NCBI GenBank assembly: GCA_013239625.1
Contig: MU054220.1
Coordinates: 1,143,265-1,163,264, forward strand
Length of the DNA stretch: 20,000 nucleotides
Direction of reading: 5' to 3'
Source of the DNA: Lama guanicoe
Lineage: Eukaryota
Shown here piece by piece: positions 9,377 to 19,568 of this stretch; position 1 is the first letter of the stretch, and the number at the start of each line of letters is the position of its first letter. Below the pieces are notes generated by a model, which was given only the letters and a program-made list of their open reading frames with translations, was not told where the DNA came from and searched no databases. Made by a program: the position numbers and the translations under genes.

Positions 9377-11095
9377 AGGTGAGTTGCATAATAATCCCCT
9401 GTGTATTTGAAATGCTAGCATTGAAACTGCAAATTCGGAGTCTTCTCAGAGACAGGAAATCCATCTTCACAATCCAGAGACCCTACAGTCAGTGGCCCTC
9501 TTCTCTGAGGACATTCTGGAAGTACAGTACTTGACACACTGACTTGGAATTGTTTTATGTGATCATCTGTCCCAGAAAACTGAACTTTCTCGGGGCAGAG
9601 ATTGCAGCTTGTTCAACACTCCATCTCCAGTGCTAACTGAAGCACCTCTACAAAAGAGCTTTCAGTGAATGAACACAGAATGAGGGAACAGTGGGCACAG
9701 ATCTTCCCTCGCCTTCTTAGCACAGTATTTGGTACATTGCAAGTGTTCAGTAAATACTGCAAGACCAAAGGTCCCCGAGGACCAAGATCACACTTTCTCC
9801 ATCCCTGAATCCCATATCTAGCACTATTCTTGCCTTGAGCAAAGACCAGACCGATCTGAGAGCACTTTGTAAAATGCCATGGGCTTCCTGGCACCATTCC
9901 CTTTACCTTCAAAGTGGAACTGTAATCATCACATGAAAAAGAAGTGCATGCTCACAAGACAAAACTCACTCCAGTGTTTCTGTGGCTTTGCTGTTCTCAC
10001 CACAGTTCTTGTTTCTGTCCGGACCACAGATATGCAAATAATGCCCTGAGAACAGCCACCAGATCATGCAGGTCTCCCAGTTTTTCAGTCTGAAAGCAGT
10101 AAGGCCAAGCTGTCAACCAAAGCTCCTGCCTCTCAGAAGTTTCCAGATAGAGGATCTGCTCCTCCTGCAGCCTTAGGCTTGGGAATGGTGAAGACAAGAC
10201 CACTGGGTCTACTTCACCTGATTTAAAACAAAAGAATGCAATAGAATTGCATCCTGTGTGTTCCACAGAGAAATAAGAATTCTGGCAACTCAGCCTTGAG
10301 TTCACTCAGCTTAAGAGATACCAGGGGGGAAGGCATGATGATCAAGTGAGAGAAGACTGGTCCCCAGAGAGCCATGCCTTTCCCCTTCCTAATCAGGCAG
10401 CCTACCTCATGGGAAGCAGGACCTGGATACTAACAACTCAGACTTCCTTGTAGGTAACATAACCTCAGACATCAATAGGAAATGTAAATTAATTTCACCC
10501 AGTGTCCACAGGGCACCTGGGCTGTGGGGTTCTGCGCTGTTCAGTGGTCAGTTAGATACAGCTCTGGCTTATCATGGACTCAGTTATGTGGCTTTACATG
10601 AAATGACACCACTCAGAGGATGGATCCAAGGAATATGGGCCACAAGTGTCAGAAAACTGAAATAGCACTTTTCCTTGGCTTTGGTGTGGATGAAGGTACA
10701 GGTATTCCCCACTTTTCAAAAGTTCACTTCGAAAAAGCCACCTCACTTTTACATTAGTATCTGGTTTTGGGTTTTTTTTTTTGTGGACAGAAAGAAGTCC
10801 AAAGAGGATTTTCGCTTTTATGGAAAAGGGTAAAAAGCAAAAACAGCAGTGCTTGTCTTGCAATGTTACAGAGTACCCCCCCAGCAGCGAGCCGCACTGC
10901 CCAGCTTCTCAGCATCAAGCTGCAATAGCCTTCAGCTGTGACTGTGAGCATCCGTGCTTTATCTTGATTTGTTTTGTATATTCACTAGCCAGATGCATCC
11001 AAAGGTTATCATTTGTTCACTTTATATCATTAACGTTTACAAAATGTCATGTAAGGACATTCTCCTTTTGGATAGCAGGAGAAATCTGCACAGAT

Positions 11096-11316
11096 CAGTG
11101 GTTCTCAGTCAGGGGCAATGTCTCTCCTAGAGGACACTTGGCAATATCCGGAAACATTTTTCATTGTCACAAACTAGGTGGAGAAGAGAGCCTACTGGTA
11201 TCTAGCAGGTAGAGGTCATGGATTCTAGGACACATCCTACCAGGCACAGGACAGCCCCCCACAGCAAAGAATTAGCTGATCCAAAATGTCAACAGTGCTA
11301 CTGTCGAGATACCCTA
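11096..11316 (+). mobile_element. MER20 (hAT-Charlie), near full length
   Basis: CAGTGGTTCTCAG...GGACACTTGGCAATATCCGGAAACATTTT...CACAGGACAGCCCCCCACAGCAAAGAATTA...CAAAATGTCAACAGTGC...GAGATACCCTA. Imperfect 8-bp TSD GCACAGAT/GTAGAGAT. Confidence 0.9.
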
Positions 11317-11329
11317 GTAGAGATACAAC

Positions 11330-11506
11330 AGAATTTCTTCTGAGCTGAGCGGTACATGTGAGTGTATCTGGTACAGATTTTATACCATGCATCAGTGTGA
11401 CCTCCTTCGCCTGGCAAAGAAATAAAGCTGCCTTCTCTACTCCATCCAAAACTCTGTCCTCAGTCTCAATTCAGTAAGCAGGTAAGGAGGCTGTGTTTCA
11501 GCAACA
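11330..11506 (+). mobile_element. ERV1-type LTR 3' portion
   Basis: AATAAAGCTGCCTTCTCTACTCCATCCAAAACTCTGTCCTC...GGAGGCTGTGTTTCAGCAACA, ending in the canonical ...CA. The 5' boundary is uncertain. Confidence 0.6.
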
Positions 11507-11636
11507 AGGGGACAGCCAGGAGAGTGAAAGAGGCACTCGCCGGTGCCTCAGCATCACAGAAGCAACAAAACCGCCCTGGAAACACTGGCCTCCAAATTCC
11601 TTGCTGAGTAAGCAAAAGTGTTATTATGGCTTAAAC

Positions 11637-11921
11637 CAGGGCCTGGCAAACTTTTTCAGGAAAAGGTTAAATAGTAAATATATAAGCTTTGCAGACCGTA
11701 CTGTCTCTGGCACAACTGCTTAACCAGGCCACTCTAACACGAAGTAAAATAGTGAGCATGACTACCGTCCAATAAAACCTTATTTATGGGCACTAGAACT
11801 TGAAGTTCATGTAAGTTTCATATGTCACAAAATACTATGCTACTTCGATTTTTTTTCAAGCACTTAAAAATGTGAAAGCCTTTCTTAGCTCACAGGCCAT
11901 ACGAAATGGGCTGGATTTGGC
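11637..11921 (+). mobile_element. MER58B-like (hAT-Charlie)
   Basis: CAGGGCCTGGCAAACTTTTTC...AAATAGTAAATAT...CCAATAAAACCTTATTTATGGGCACT...TTCTTAGCTCACAGGCCATAC...GGGCTGGATTTGGC. Confidence 0.85.
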
Positions 11922-11995
11922 TTAAACCATATACCAGTGCTCAGATAACAACTGTCTAGAAAGGGAATGGTCCTGTAAAATTGTTCGGATTAACG

Positions 11996-12512
11996 TATTA
12001 TGATAGGGGAGGACATATCTGGCCCCGTATTAGATCTGTTCCTTTAGCTCTAACCCTGTGCTCTGTTTCCTGGGCTCAGTCATGCTGGTTCTGCACCGTT
12101 TATAAAAGAATGTTCTCTGTAGCCTGAAATATACATTCAGCATCCTCAGGGCTCTACCCTTTAAGGGTGCACTTCTCCATTCATATAGAAGTAAAAAGTT
12201 GCAGAACAGAGAATAGCAGTTGTCTTGTTGCAGGTATACAGGGACATGATGGCCTGACCCACATGGACAGCTGTAGGAACAAAGGATTTCAACACCAAGA
12301 AGTTTGCAACAACCAACCATACCCCCTCCCCTTTTCAGTACAAAAGGGGCCTGAATTCTGACTTGGAGAAGATTGTTCTCTGGAACATTAGTTCCCTATT
12401 TTCTCAGTCTGCTGGCTTTCTGAATAAAGTTGTTATTCCTTGCCCCAATACCTCACCTCCCGACTTATTGGCCTGTCGTGCGGTGAGCAGAACAAGTTTG
12501 GACTCAGTAACA
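11996..12512 (+). mobile_element. Solo LTR, ERV1 MER41-like
   Basis: About 517 bp. AATAAAGTTGTTATTCCTTGCCCCAATACCTC and the terminus GGCCTGTCGTGCGGTGAGCAGAACAAGTTTGGACTCAGTAACA are typical of MER41-family LTRs. Confidence 0.8.
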
Positions 12513-13300
12513 ATATTAATGGTTAACGGCAGTTTTATTGTATTTCACCTCCAGAGACATTTCCCTTCTAACAATGCCTTACTCTTGTGAAATAAAGCTT
12601 CTACCGTGGAATTTCAGATATTATAATCATATTAATGTGGCAGGGGCTCCAATGAAGTAGAAAAGCCTTCCTGGGAGTCCAATAAGATCACATTGATAGG
12701 GGGAGACAAAGCAAAGTGTAATCTTCTGTCTCCAGGTGCCACAGTCTTTCCACAAACCACAGCACGCTAACACCACGGAAAAGTGAACGAACCCAAAGTT
12801 GTACAGGTAGAAGATGACACGATGGGAATTCAAGTTCAGATGTTCCTTGCTGAAATCTGTGCACCTTGCACTATGGATCACCAAAGAAGAGAAGGAATTT
12901 TCAGCATTTTCCAAAATAGGCACAGCGAGGAAAGGGCTATGATTGATACCATGGAGTATAAGGAGCCCACTAAAATACAACACGGCACACAACATTGTAA
13001 ACCGCCTACAGCGTCAATTGAAAAATAAAAAGAAAATAAAGAAGATAAAATTTCCTCAATTATACCCCCCCCAATAAAATAAAATACAACATGGCATTAC
13101 CTCCTCAGGTCTTACATGGAACAAGGTAGTATATGAGAAACCAAAAATATATGAGGTGCAAATACAATCTCAGATTCTCCATTAAGGATGCTAACAAAGT
13201 AGCGTTTCTAACTTAATCGCACTCACATTATGACTTTAAGTAGTGCTTCTCCTGTCATTACTGCTCAGGCTTACTGGGGAGCTTTTTCAGATTTTCATTT

Positions 13301-14230
13301 TTATTCCACTCCTGAATTCACTTTCTTACCCCACAACCTCCTCATGGCGATTTTCACCTCTGCGTTTCTGAGTGTGTAAATGATGGGGTTCAGCATGGGG
13401 GTGACCATCGTGTAGAATACGGCCACCAGTTTGTCCTCAGTGAAGGTGGAGGGTGGTCGCATGTAGAGGAAGATGGCAGGACCAAAGAACAACACGACCA
13501 CTGTGATGTGAGAGGCACAGGTGGAGAGCGCTTTGCGTCTTCCCTCTGCTGAGTGGTTCCTCAGGTTGAGCAGGATGACAACATAGGAGGACACCAGGAG
13601 AAGGAAGGAGAAGATAGAGAATAATCCACTGTTGGCCAACACAATGAGCCCCTCCACAGAGGTGTCGGTGCAGGCAAGCTTGAATAAGGGATGGAGGTCA
13701 CAGAAGTAGTGGTCAATCACATTGGGGCCACAGAAGGATAATTGGAGAGTGACAACAATCTGCACCATAGAGTGAAAAAAGCCCCCCAGCCAGGAACCAG
13801 CCACCAGACGGTGACACACAGGCCGGCTCATGACGGTCGTGTAGTGAAGGGGTTTGCAGATGGCCACATAGCGGTCATAGGCCATTACTGTGAGCAAGAA
13901 GATCTCAGTAACTCCGAAGAAGTGAAAGAAGAATATCTGAGCCACGCAGCCTTCCAGGGAGATGGTTTTAATCTTGGCAAGTAAGTCTGTGATGAACTTA
14001 GGGACAACAGTGGAGGAGTAAGTGATCTCCACCAGGGACAGGTAGCTAAGGAAGAAGTACATGGGGGAATGCAGACTCTGACTGACTTTGACCGTCAGAA
14101 CGATGAGACCATTGCCCACCACCGTGGCCACGTACACAGGAAGAAACACCACAAAGCACATTCTCTGCACCTCTGGGTCCTGGAAAAGACCGGCGATGAT
14201 TAACTCAGTCACATTATTCGTAGTGGCCAT
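13301..14230 (-). CDS. OR4B1: Olfactory receptor family 4 subfamily B (OR4B1-like), 309 aa, intact
   Basis: MATTNNVTELI..GLFQDP, LHSPMYFFL, MAYDRYVAICKPLHY, NLRNHSAEGR.KALSTCASH, STFTEDKLVAVFYT, PMLNPIIYTLRNAEVK closely match recalled human OR4B1 (309 aa). Confidence 0.95.
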   Translation of the reverse strand: MATTNNVTELIIAGLFQDPEVQRMCFVVFLPVYVATVVGNGLIVLTVKVSQSLHSPMYFFLSYLSLVEITYSSTVVPKFITDLLAKIKTISLEGCVAQIFFFHFFGVTEIFLLTVMAYDRYVAICKPLHYTTVMSRPVCHRLVAGSWLGGFFHSMVQIVVTLQLSFCGPNVIDHYFCDLHPLFKLACTDTSVEGLIVLANSGLFSIFSFLLLVSSYVVILLNLRNHSAEGRRKALSTCASHITVVVLFFGPAIFLYMRPPSTFTEDKLVAVFYTMVTPMLNPIIYTLRNAEVKIAMRRLWGKKVNSGVE

Positions 14231-14271
14231 GGAAGTGATTCATATGTACTGGGCAGGAAGTAATCAGAAAC

Positions 14272-14292
14272 CTGCAATGAAACAAATAGTGG
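14272..14292 (-). promoter_or_regulatory. Splice acceptor of the OR4B1-like coding exon
   Basis: Minus strand CCACTATTTGTTTCATTGCAG|GTT; the exon would start at 14271, 41 nt before the ATG. Confidence 0.7.
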
Positions 14293-14399
14293 TTGTAACC
14301 AATTCACCTCGTTCATAGCAAGTGAGACAGCATAAACCACTTTACAATACAAACGTAACGTGGACTCATTCATTTAGCCAACATGTGCTCAATCAGCAT

Positions 14400-14545
14400 T
14401 ACAGATGACCACTCTAACAATTTTTATATTGGAAGATTAAGGCTCAGAGAAATGGCTATTTACCCAGGATCACACAGAAAGTAGCAAATTCTAGGACTCA
14501 GAACCAGACTTTCTGACTTCAGTCTGGGTTCTTTCTAATCCACTG
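14400..14545 (-). mobile_element. MIR SINE
   Basis: GGAAGATTAAGGCTCAGAGAAATGG...TTTACCCAGGATCACACAG...CAGAACCAGACTTTCTGACTTCAG. Confidence 0.7.
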
Positions 14546-14689
14546 TAAGATATTCTGAATTTGGGAAGCCACTCAAGTCCAGCACCCACATTTTTACCAT
14601 CCTTATTGTATCTTGATAGCTCTCTTTTAACAGGGAATCTCCATAAAACTCTTCTCCTGGATTCCTTCATTTCCCATTAATTTTATCTA

Positions 14690-15310
14690 TAAACCCTCAC
14701 ACTTTCTCTCCAATCTTGCTGCCACCACCTTCACGCCTGCTATCAGCCGATGTCTAAACTACCAAAGCCACTTAGTCTCCACAACCTCCCACTCCATCCA
14801 TTGTGCACTCTGCAGCCAGAAAATTGTTTCCTAGACCCTTCTTTCCTCAGATCCTCCACTGCTTGGGAGTAAATGGGGGAAACCCTGAGCACCTCTGACT
14901 TACTGTTAAAGACTTTCATAACCTCACGCTCTTACTCACTAAACTTCCACTCACCTCTGTTTAATTCAGGGTCCTCTCCACATCCCACAAGCCCACTCTG
15001 CTCATTTCTACCACAGAGACCCCTTTCACCAGAAATGCCCTCTCCTTGTTCCTTCCAGTCCTACCCACCTTCCAACCCCAATTCCAGTCTTACGTGTTCA
15101 GTGAATCTTGCCATTAAAACTCCAACCCATATGTATCTTCTCTTCTCTGAGCGTTGAAAAAATACTTTGGTGATTTTCCTTAAATGTGTATCAAATCAGT
15201 CTACTACTCTACCTAAAATCTATCAACACTTTCTCATTGCCCACAGCACAAACTCCAATAGTCTTAGCACGTGGATTCCAGATTCGTCCTAAACTGGCCA
15301 TCGCCTATTT
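14690..15310 (+). mobile_element. Degenerate L2 fragments
   Basis: Pyrimidine-rich L2-like motifs CTGCCACCACC, TCCATTGTGCACTCTGCAGCCAGA and TTCTCATTGCCCACAGCACAAACTCCAA. Confidence 0.45.
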
Positions 15311-15675
15311 TTTTTTTTGCAACCTTATTGTCATCCCTTAAATGCACATTATACAGCTATTTCCCAGTCCAAAATTTTCTTTCTCCCTTCTCTGTGTGAA
15401 ATATTCCCTTCTTTCTAGATTGTGTGAGGAACCTCATTACTATGGGAATAATATAGTCCGTCCTTTGTACTCTTACAGTAGTACTGTGTCACAATTCTTT
15501 TTTAGCAATAAGCAGATTCTTTATAATTATGGTACTGTTTCTATATATGCTACCAAGAAATACACTATCCTAGTATTCAAAATTATCTGTTTGATATTTT
15601 TCTTACATCTTTATTATTAATTGCATTTTAGTTGACAGTAATAGCTAGTACTTCAATAGCATCATATGTCACACA

Positions 15676-15995
15676 TTTTTGAGTTGTAATTAACATACAC
15701 TAGTCCATTTGTTTCAGGGATACAATATAGTAATTCAGTGTTTTTATACATTATGGAGTGATCACCACAATAAGACCAGTTATCATCAGTCACCATACAA
15801 AGTTGTCACAATATTGTCAACTATATTCCCTCTGTATACTCTACATGCCTGTGACTTATTTACTTTACAGCCGGAAGCTTGTACCTCTTAATCCCCTTCA
15901 TCTGTTTCATCCATCCCCCCACACCCTTCTCCTCTGGCAGTCACCAGTTTGTTCTCTGTGTCCAGGAGTCTGTTTCTGTTTTGTTTTGTTTTTTC
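15676..15995 (-). mobile_element. L1 3'UTR, antisense (L1MA9-like)
   Basis: GTTTCAGGGATACAATATAGTAATTCAG...GTCACCATACAAAGTT...GGAAGCTTGTACCTCTTAATCCCCTTCA...CCAGTTTGTTCTCTGTGTCCAGGAGTCTGTTTCTGTTTTGTT. Confidence 0.85.
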
Positions 15996-15999
15996 TATA

Positions 16000-16186
16000 C
16001 TCATCAATTAATTCGCAGAACAAACCTGTGTTGTGACTATTATAATTAACACCCCTTTTTTACATAAGAGGGAAAAAATAAATAAACACAGTTAAGTGAA
16101 TTAACTGGCCTAAAGCTACACAGGAGTGGAGCCAGGATTTCAGTCCAAGCAGGTGAACCACAAATCCTTTGCTCTTTGACCACTAC
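16000..16186 (-). mobile_element. MIR SINE
   Basis: GTTAAGTGAATT...GCCTAAAGCTACACAG..GTGGAGCCAGGATTTCAGTCCAAGCAG...TGCTCTTTGACCACTAC. Confidence 0.7.
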
Positions 16187-16454
16187 CTATACAACTTCTA
16201 GGTACACAACAGGTAAGTGAAGGGTTAAAATAAAACATTCCCTTTTGTAAGAAGTCCAAGGTATATTTATCCACCAATACAAATCTTTCTTGTATGAGTG
16301 TGAACTCAGTCTTTTTGGATCAACTAGAGAAACTAAGGAAAGTATTCTAGGACCATTCTGAGAGATCACTCAGAGGCACGAGTGGGATCACAAAAGGCCC
16401 AATTTTTCCAGCCTTCACCCCTAATGGAAGGAATAACTGATAGCCATTCTCTTT

Positions 16455-16771
16455 GTGGTTTTTTGATAAAGTACAGTTTATTTTAACCATTCTCCTATGC
16501 TGGACATTTAGATAGATTTTTATTGATTACTATAATCCTCACTATAATTAATATCTTTGTACAAATAAAGAGTTCACATTGATTATTTACAAAGTATCAG
16601 ACACTGTTTCAAAATTTTACATATATCTAAAAAAATCTAAGTCTCATAGTTTTCTTTGGGGTTGGGTATTACTTTGTGCATATTTGTGTAAATATATCCA
16701 TAAGGATTCTTGGTATAGGTGAAACTGCTGAATGTAAAAAGCATGCACAGTTTAAGCTTTGATAAATGTGC
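16455..16771 (-). mobile_element. Retrocopied segment of old L1M with an embedded MIR, flanked by a 16-bp TSD
   Basis: GATAGCCATTCTCTTT at 16439-16454 and 16772-16787. Minus-strand AATAAA at 16477-16482 and A6 at 16459-16464. Confidence 0.7.
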
Positions 16772-17719
16772 GATAGCCATTCTCTTTAAAAACCACATCT
16801 TCCTTTTCTGTCATCTCTGCCTTTCAGTGTTTATTCCTCTCTCTGCTACCCAACCCCTCAGCCCATTTCTACCATCTCTCCCACTGAGCTGGTAAGAAAT
16901 ATCTCCTCTCTCCCTACAAGATTCCCTCAGCTAGAATCTTGGGGGGAAAAAATGTGACCAGCATATAAAAGCCTACATCAGCCTTTGAGCGTGTAGTCTC
17001 TACATCAGGTAACCTTCTGGACTCTGGACCAGAGCATCATGATAGAATGCCGACAATGGCCAGAGGAAATATAATAGAAAGCTTCACATGCCAAGTGACT
17101 GATCTCAGAGTGATGTAATGAAACCCATTCCAGTCCTACTTCCTAATTCCCAAATAGTACCTCACAGAATCCCAAAATTGTAAAGAACTTTAAATTCATC
17201 GAATTTCATATTTTGTATAACTTACCACAATAAAAATAAATAAACAAACTGAATTCATTACTCCCTTCCCCACCTTGTAAAAATAATCTTCAAACCCAAC
17301 CAGATCATTTAACAAATGGACACTTGCGGCTGTAAGAGAGGAACTGACTTGCCCAACATCCTATGGCTGTTTAGAGACTTTGCACTTTACTTCCAGCCAT
17401 GTCACCTACCTATCGGTAAAAAAAATCCGGTGTGGTTCCTTCTGCCTTAGAGCGAGGAATTGAGTCAGATGGATCTCAGATGCACTCAAGTGTCTCCAGT
17501 TCAGCGTGAAGTTAGCCACTCTGCTGGAATCGATCATTTCTCAAAGAGATGATCTGGTTTGGTGAAAACTACAATGGGATGGAGAACTGGATTCCTCTCT
17601 GGGCATCCTGGTCCCTGTCAAGCAAGGTGCCTTGGCTAAGATTACCAACTCAGCTGATTTTTCACTGAAGTCCTCCAGTGAGCAAAGTCCTGGTCACACG
17701 CAGCTAAGCCACTGTGACT

Positions 17720-17860
17720 GGAGCTGAAAAGACTTAGAGACCTTTTACTGCGACCTCCTTTGTTTATAGATGAGGTGACAGAGGCCGAGAGAGATTAACT
17801 GGTTTCCCAAGACACACGCTAGTTATTTGCCAGGTTACAGAAATCCGTGCTCTTTCAGCA
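17720..17860 (-). mobile_element. MIR/MIR3 SINE
   Basis: TTTATAGATGAGGTGACAGAGGCCGAGAGAGATTAACTGGTTTCCCAAGACACACGCTAGTTA. Confidence 0.7.
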
Positions 17861-18439
17861 TTGATGACTAGGTGCTGGTTGCTACTGCCACTCAAGGATC
17901 AAACCTTGTCTGCAAGAGCAAAGCACCAACAATCCTGGGAGCTTTTAGAAAACAAAGCAGATGGTGTCTAAGATGAATCACAAAAAAAGGGGGGAAATTC
18001 AGGGGATCTGGATCTGGGTTGATAATTGGATTTACAATACCTAGGAAATAAGCAAATGCTACAGAAATCAGCAAGCCCAGGGATTTTAAATCCTGATTTT
18101 CATTGAAAAAACCTACCCACCCAGTGAAACTCCAAGTGTTGTAATTAAATGCTTAGATCCTTCAATAAGTTAAGATCCTTGAATAAATTAAGCCACACAC
18201 TATAATCAAGGAAACAACTTCCCCATGGAATTTCTTTTCTCTCGGGTAAAACTTTGTCAACTAAACCTTGACTTAGGAAAGGTTCAAAATCTTTTCAATT
18301 AGCTTAGTGAGATTTCCGTAAAGTTTTGTACCCAGTAATGAGCTCGCAAGAGAATAAAGTTGAAAGAAAGACAAAAAGGGAACATTTTTTCCAGAATGGA
18401 CTGCTGAGAATGAAAAGGAAAATTAATAGAGAAGAAAGA

Positions 18440-18615
18440 GGACTAAACAGGGAGCCAGGACCCCAGGCACTCACTCTGGTTCGGTAATTGATTAACTACC
18501 TGTCTTAATCATGTCGTTCTGCCTCTGCACCTCTCACACTCTCCTGTTTTCACTTCCAGATGAAATGATTGAGTTGGGCTAGACTATATCCATTGCTCTT
18601 TCCAATTCTAACATT
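18440..18615 (+). mobile_element. MIR3-like SINE
   Basis: GGACTAAACAGGGAGCCAGGACCCCAGG...CTGTTTTCAC...GAAATGATTGAGTTGGGCTAGACT...CTCTTTCCAATTCTAACATT. Confidence 0.55.
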
Positions 18616-18711
18616 TACGTATGAGTTGCTTGGACTCCCTGTGCCTCAGCCTCTCCATCAATAATAATGGTGATAATAATATAATAGAGTGAGAATTTCC
18701 TCAGAAAGAGA

Positions 18712-19553
18712 TGCCATTCATCCATCCAGCCATTCATACTTTCACTCAGTGAATGGTATTGTGTCCTTTATATGCAGAGCACTGCTCTAGGTGCTAAAGA
18801 TTTGGCAGTGAAAAACAAAGTCCTTAACTCAAGGCGATTACACCCTTCATATTCCCACCAAGATGATGGAGGTAAAAATAATAATAACAATATAAGCAAA
18901 TAATACTTGATATGCAAGCCAATCGTTAATAAGCCCTATGAAGAAAAATAAAACAGGTTACGGAGAATAGAGATTGCTAGTGGTAGTAAGGAAAGGCCAG
19001 CTCTTGTCAAGATCTCTGCTGTTATGAGAATAAGGAAGGGGATATGGGAAATATAAGGAAGCCAGTTAGGAGAACATCACAATAACACAGCCAACAGATG
19101 TTGATGTCTTTGCCAGGAGTGTAGTATTGAAGATTTTAAGGAGTGGTCATATTCTGGACATTCTGAAGGTACAACTAGATTTGCTGATGTCCTGATTGAG
19201 AGGAGAGAAAGAAAGAGAAAATTCAAGGATACCTCCAGGTTAGACTTGAGCAATGAAAATTGAGTTACCATTACTGAGACTGGAATTACCATAGGAAAAG
19301 CATGGGAGCTGGGAAGATTCAGAGTATGGATTTGGACATGTTAAGTGAAGTTTGCTTTTCAAAACACCAGTAGAGATGTTGGCATGATAGTTGAATATAT
19401 GAATCAAAGTTCAGGTGGAAGGTCAAAATTGAGCTATAAGTTTGAGAGTTATAGACACATGAATGGTATTTAAAGCCATGAGACTCAATAAGATCTCCTT
19501 AGAGACTCATACAGAATTAGCGTGAGAACATAGCCCTATGGCACGCTGATGTT
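18712..19553 (-). mobile_element. L2 LINE, antisense
   Basis: CATTCATCCATCCAGCCATTCA...GCACTGCTCTAGGTGCTAAAGAT...ATTCTGGACATTCTGAAGG...TTTGGACATGTTAAGTGAAG...ATGGTATTTAAAGCCATGAGACT. Confidence 0.8.
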
Positions 19554-19568
19554 AAGAAATCGGAGGAG

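Noticed and set aside
9306..9470. 364-aa version of the receptor as the main product
   Set aside because: It starts at a GTG, and the extension crosses a good splice acceptor. The canonical OR N-terminus with its NVT sequon begins at 9305.
10594..13028. Intergenic ORFs of 60-143 aa
   Set aside because: Many have non-ATG starts, several overlap MER20, MER58 or LTR sequence, and none shows a recognisable domain.
17180..17260. Possible tiny L1 3'-end insertion with loose flanking repeats (AAATTCATC / GAATTCATT)
   Set aside because: Too short and degenerate to support.
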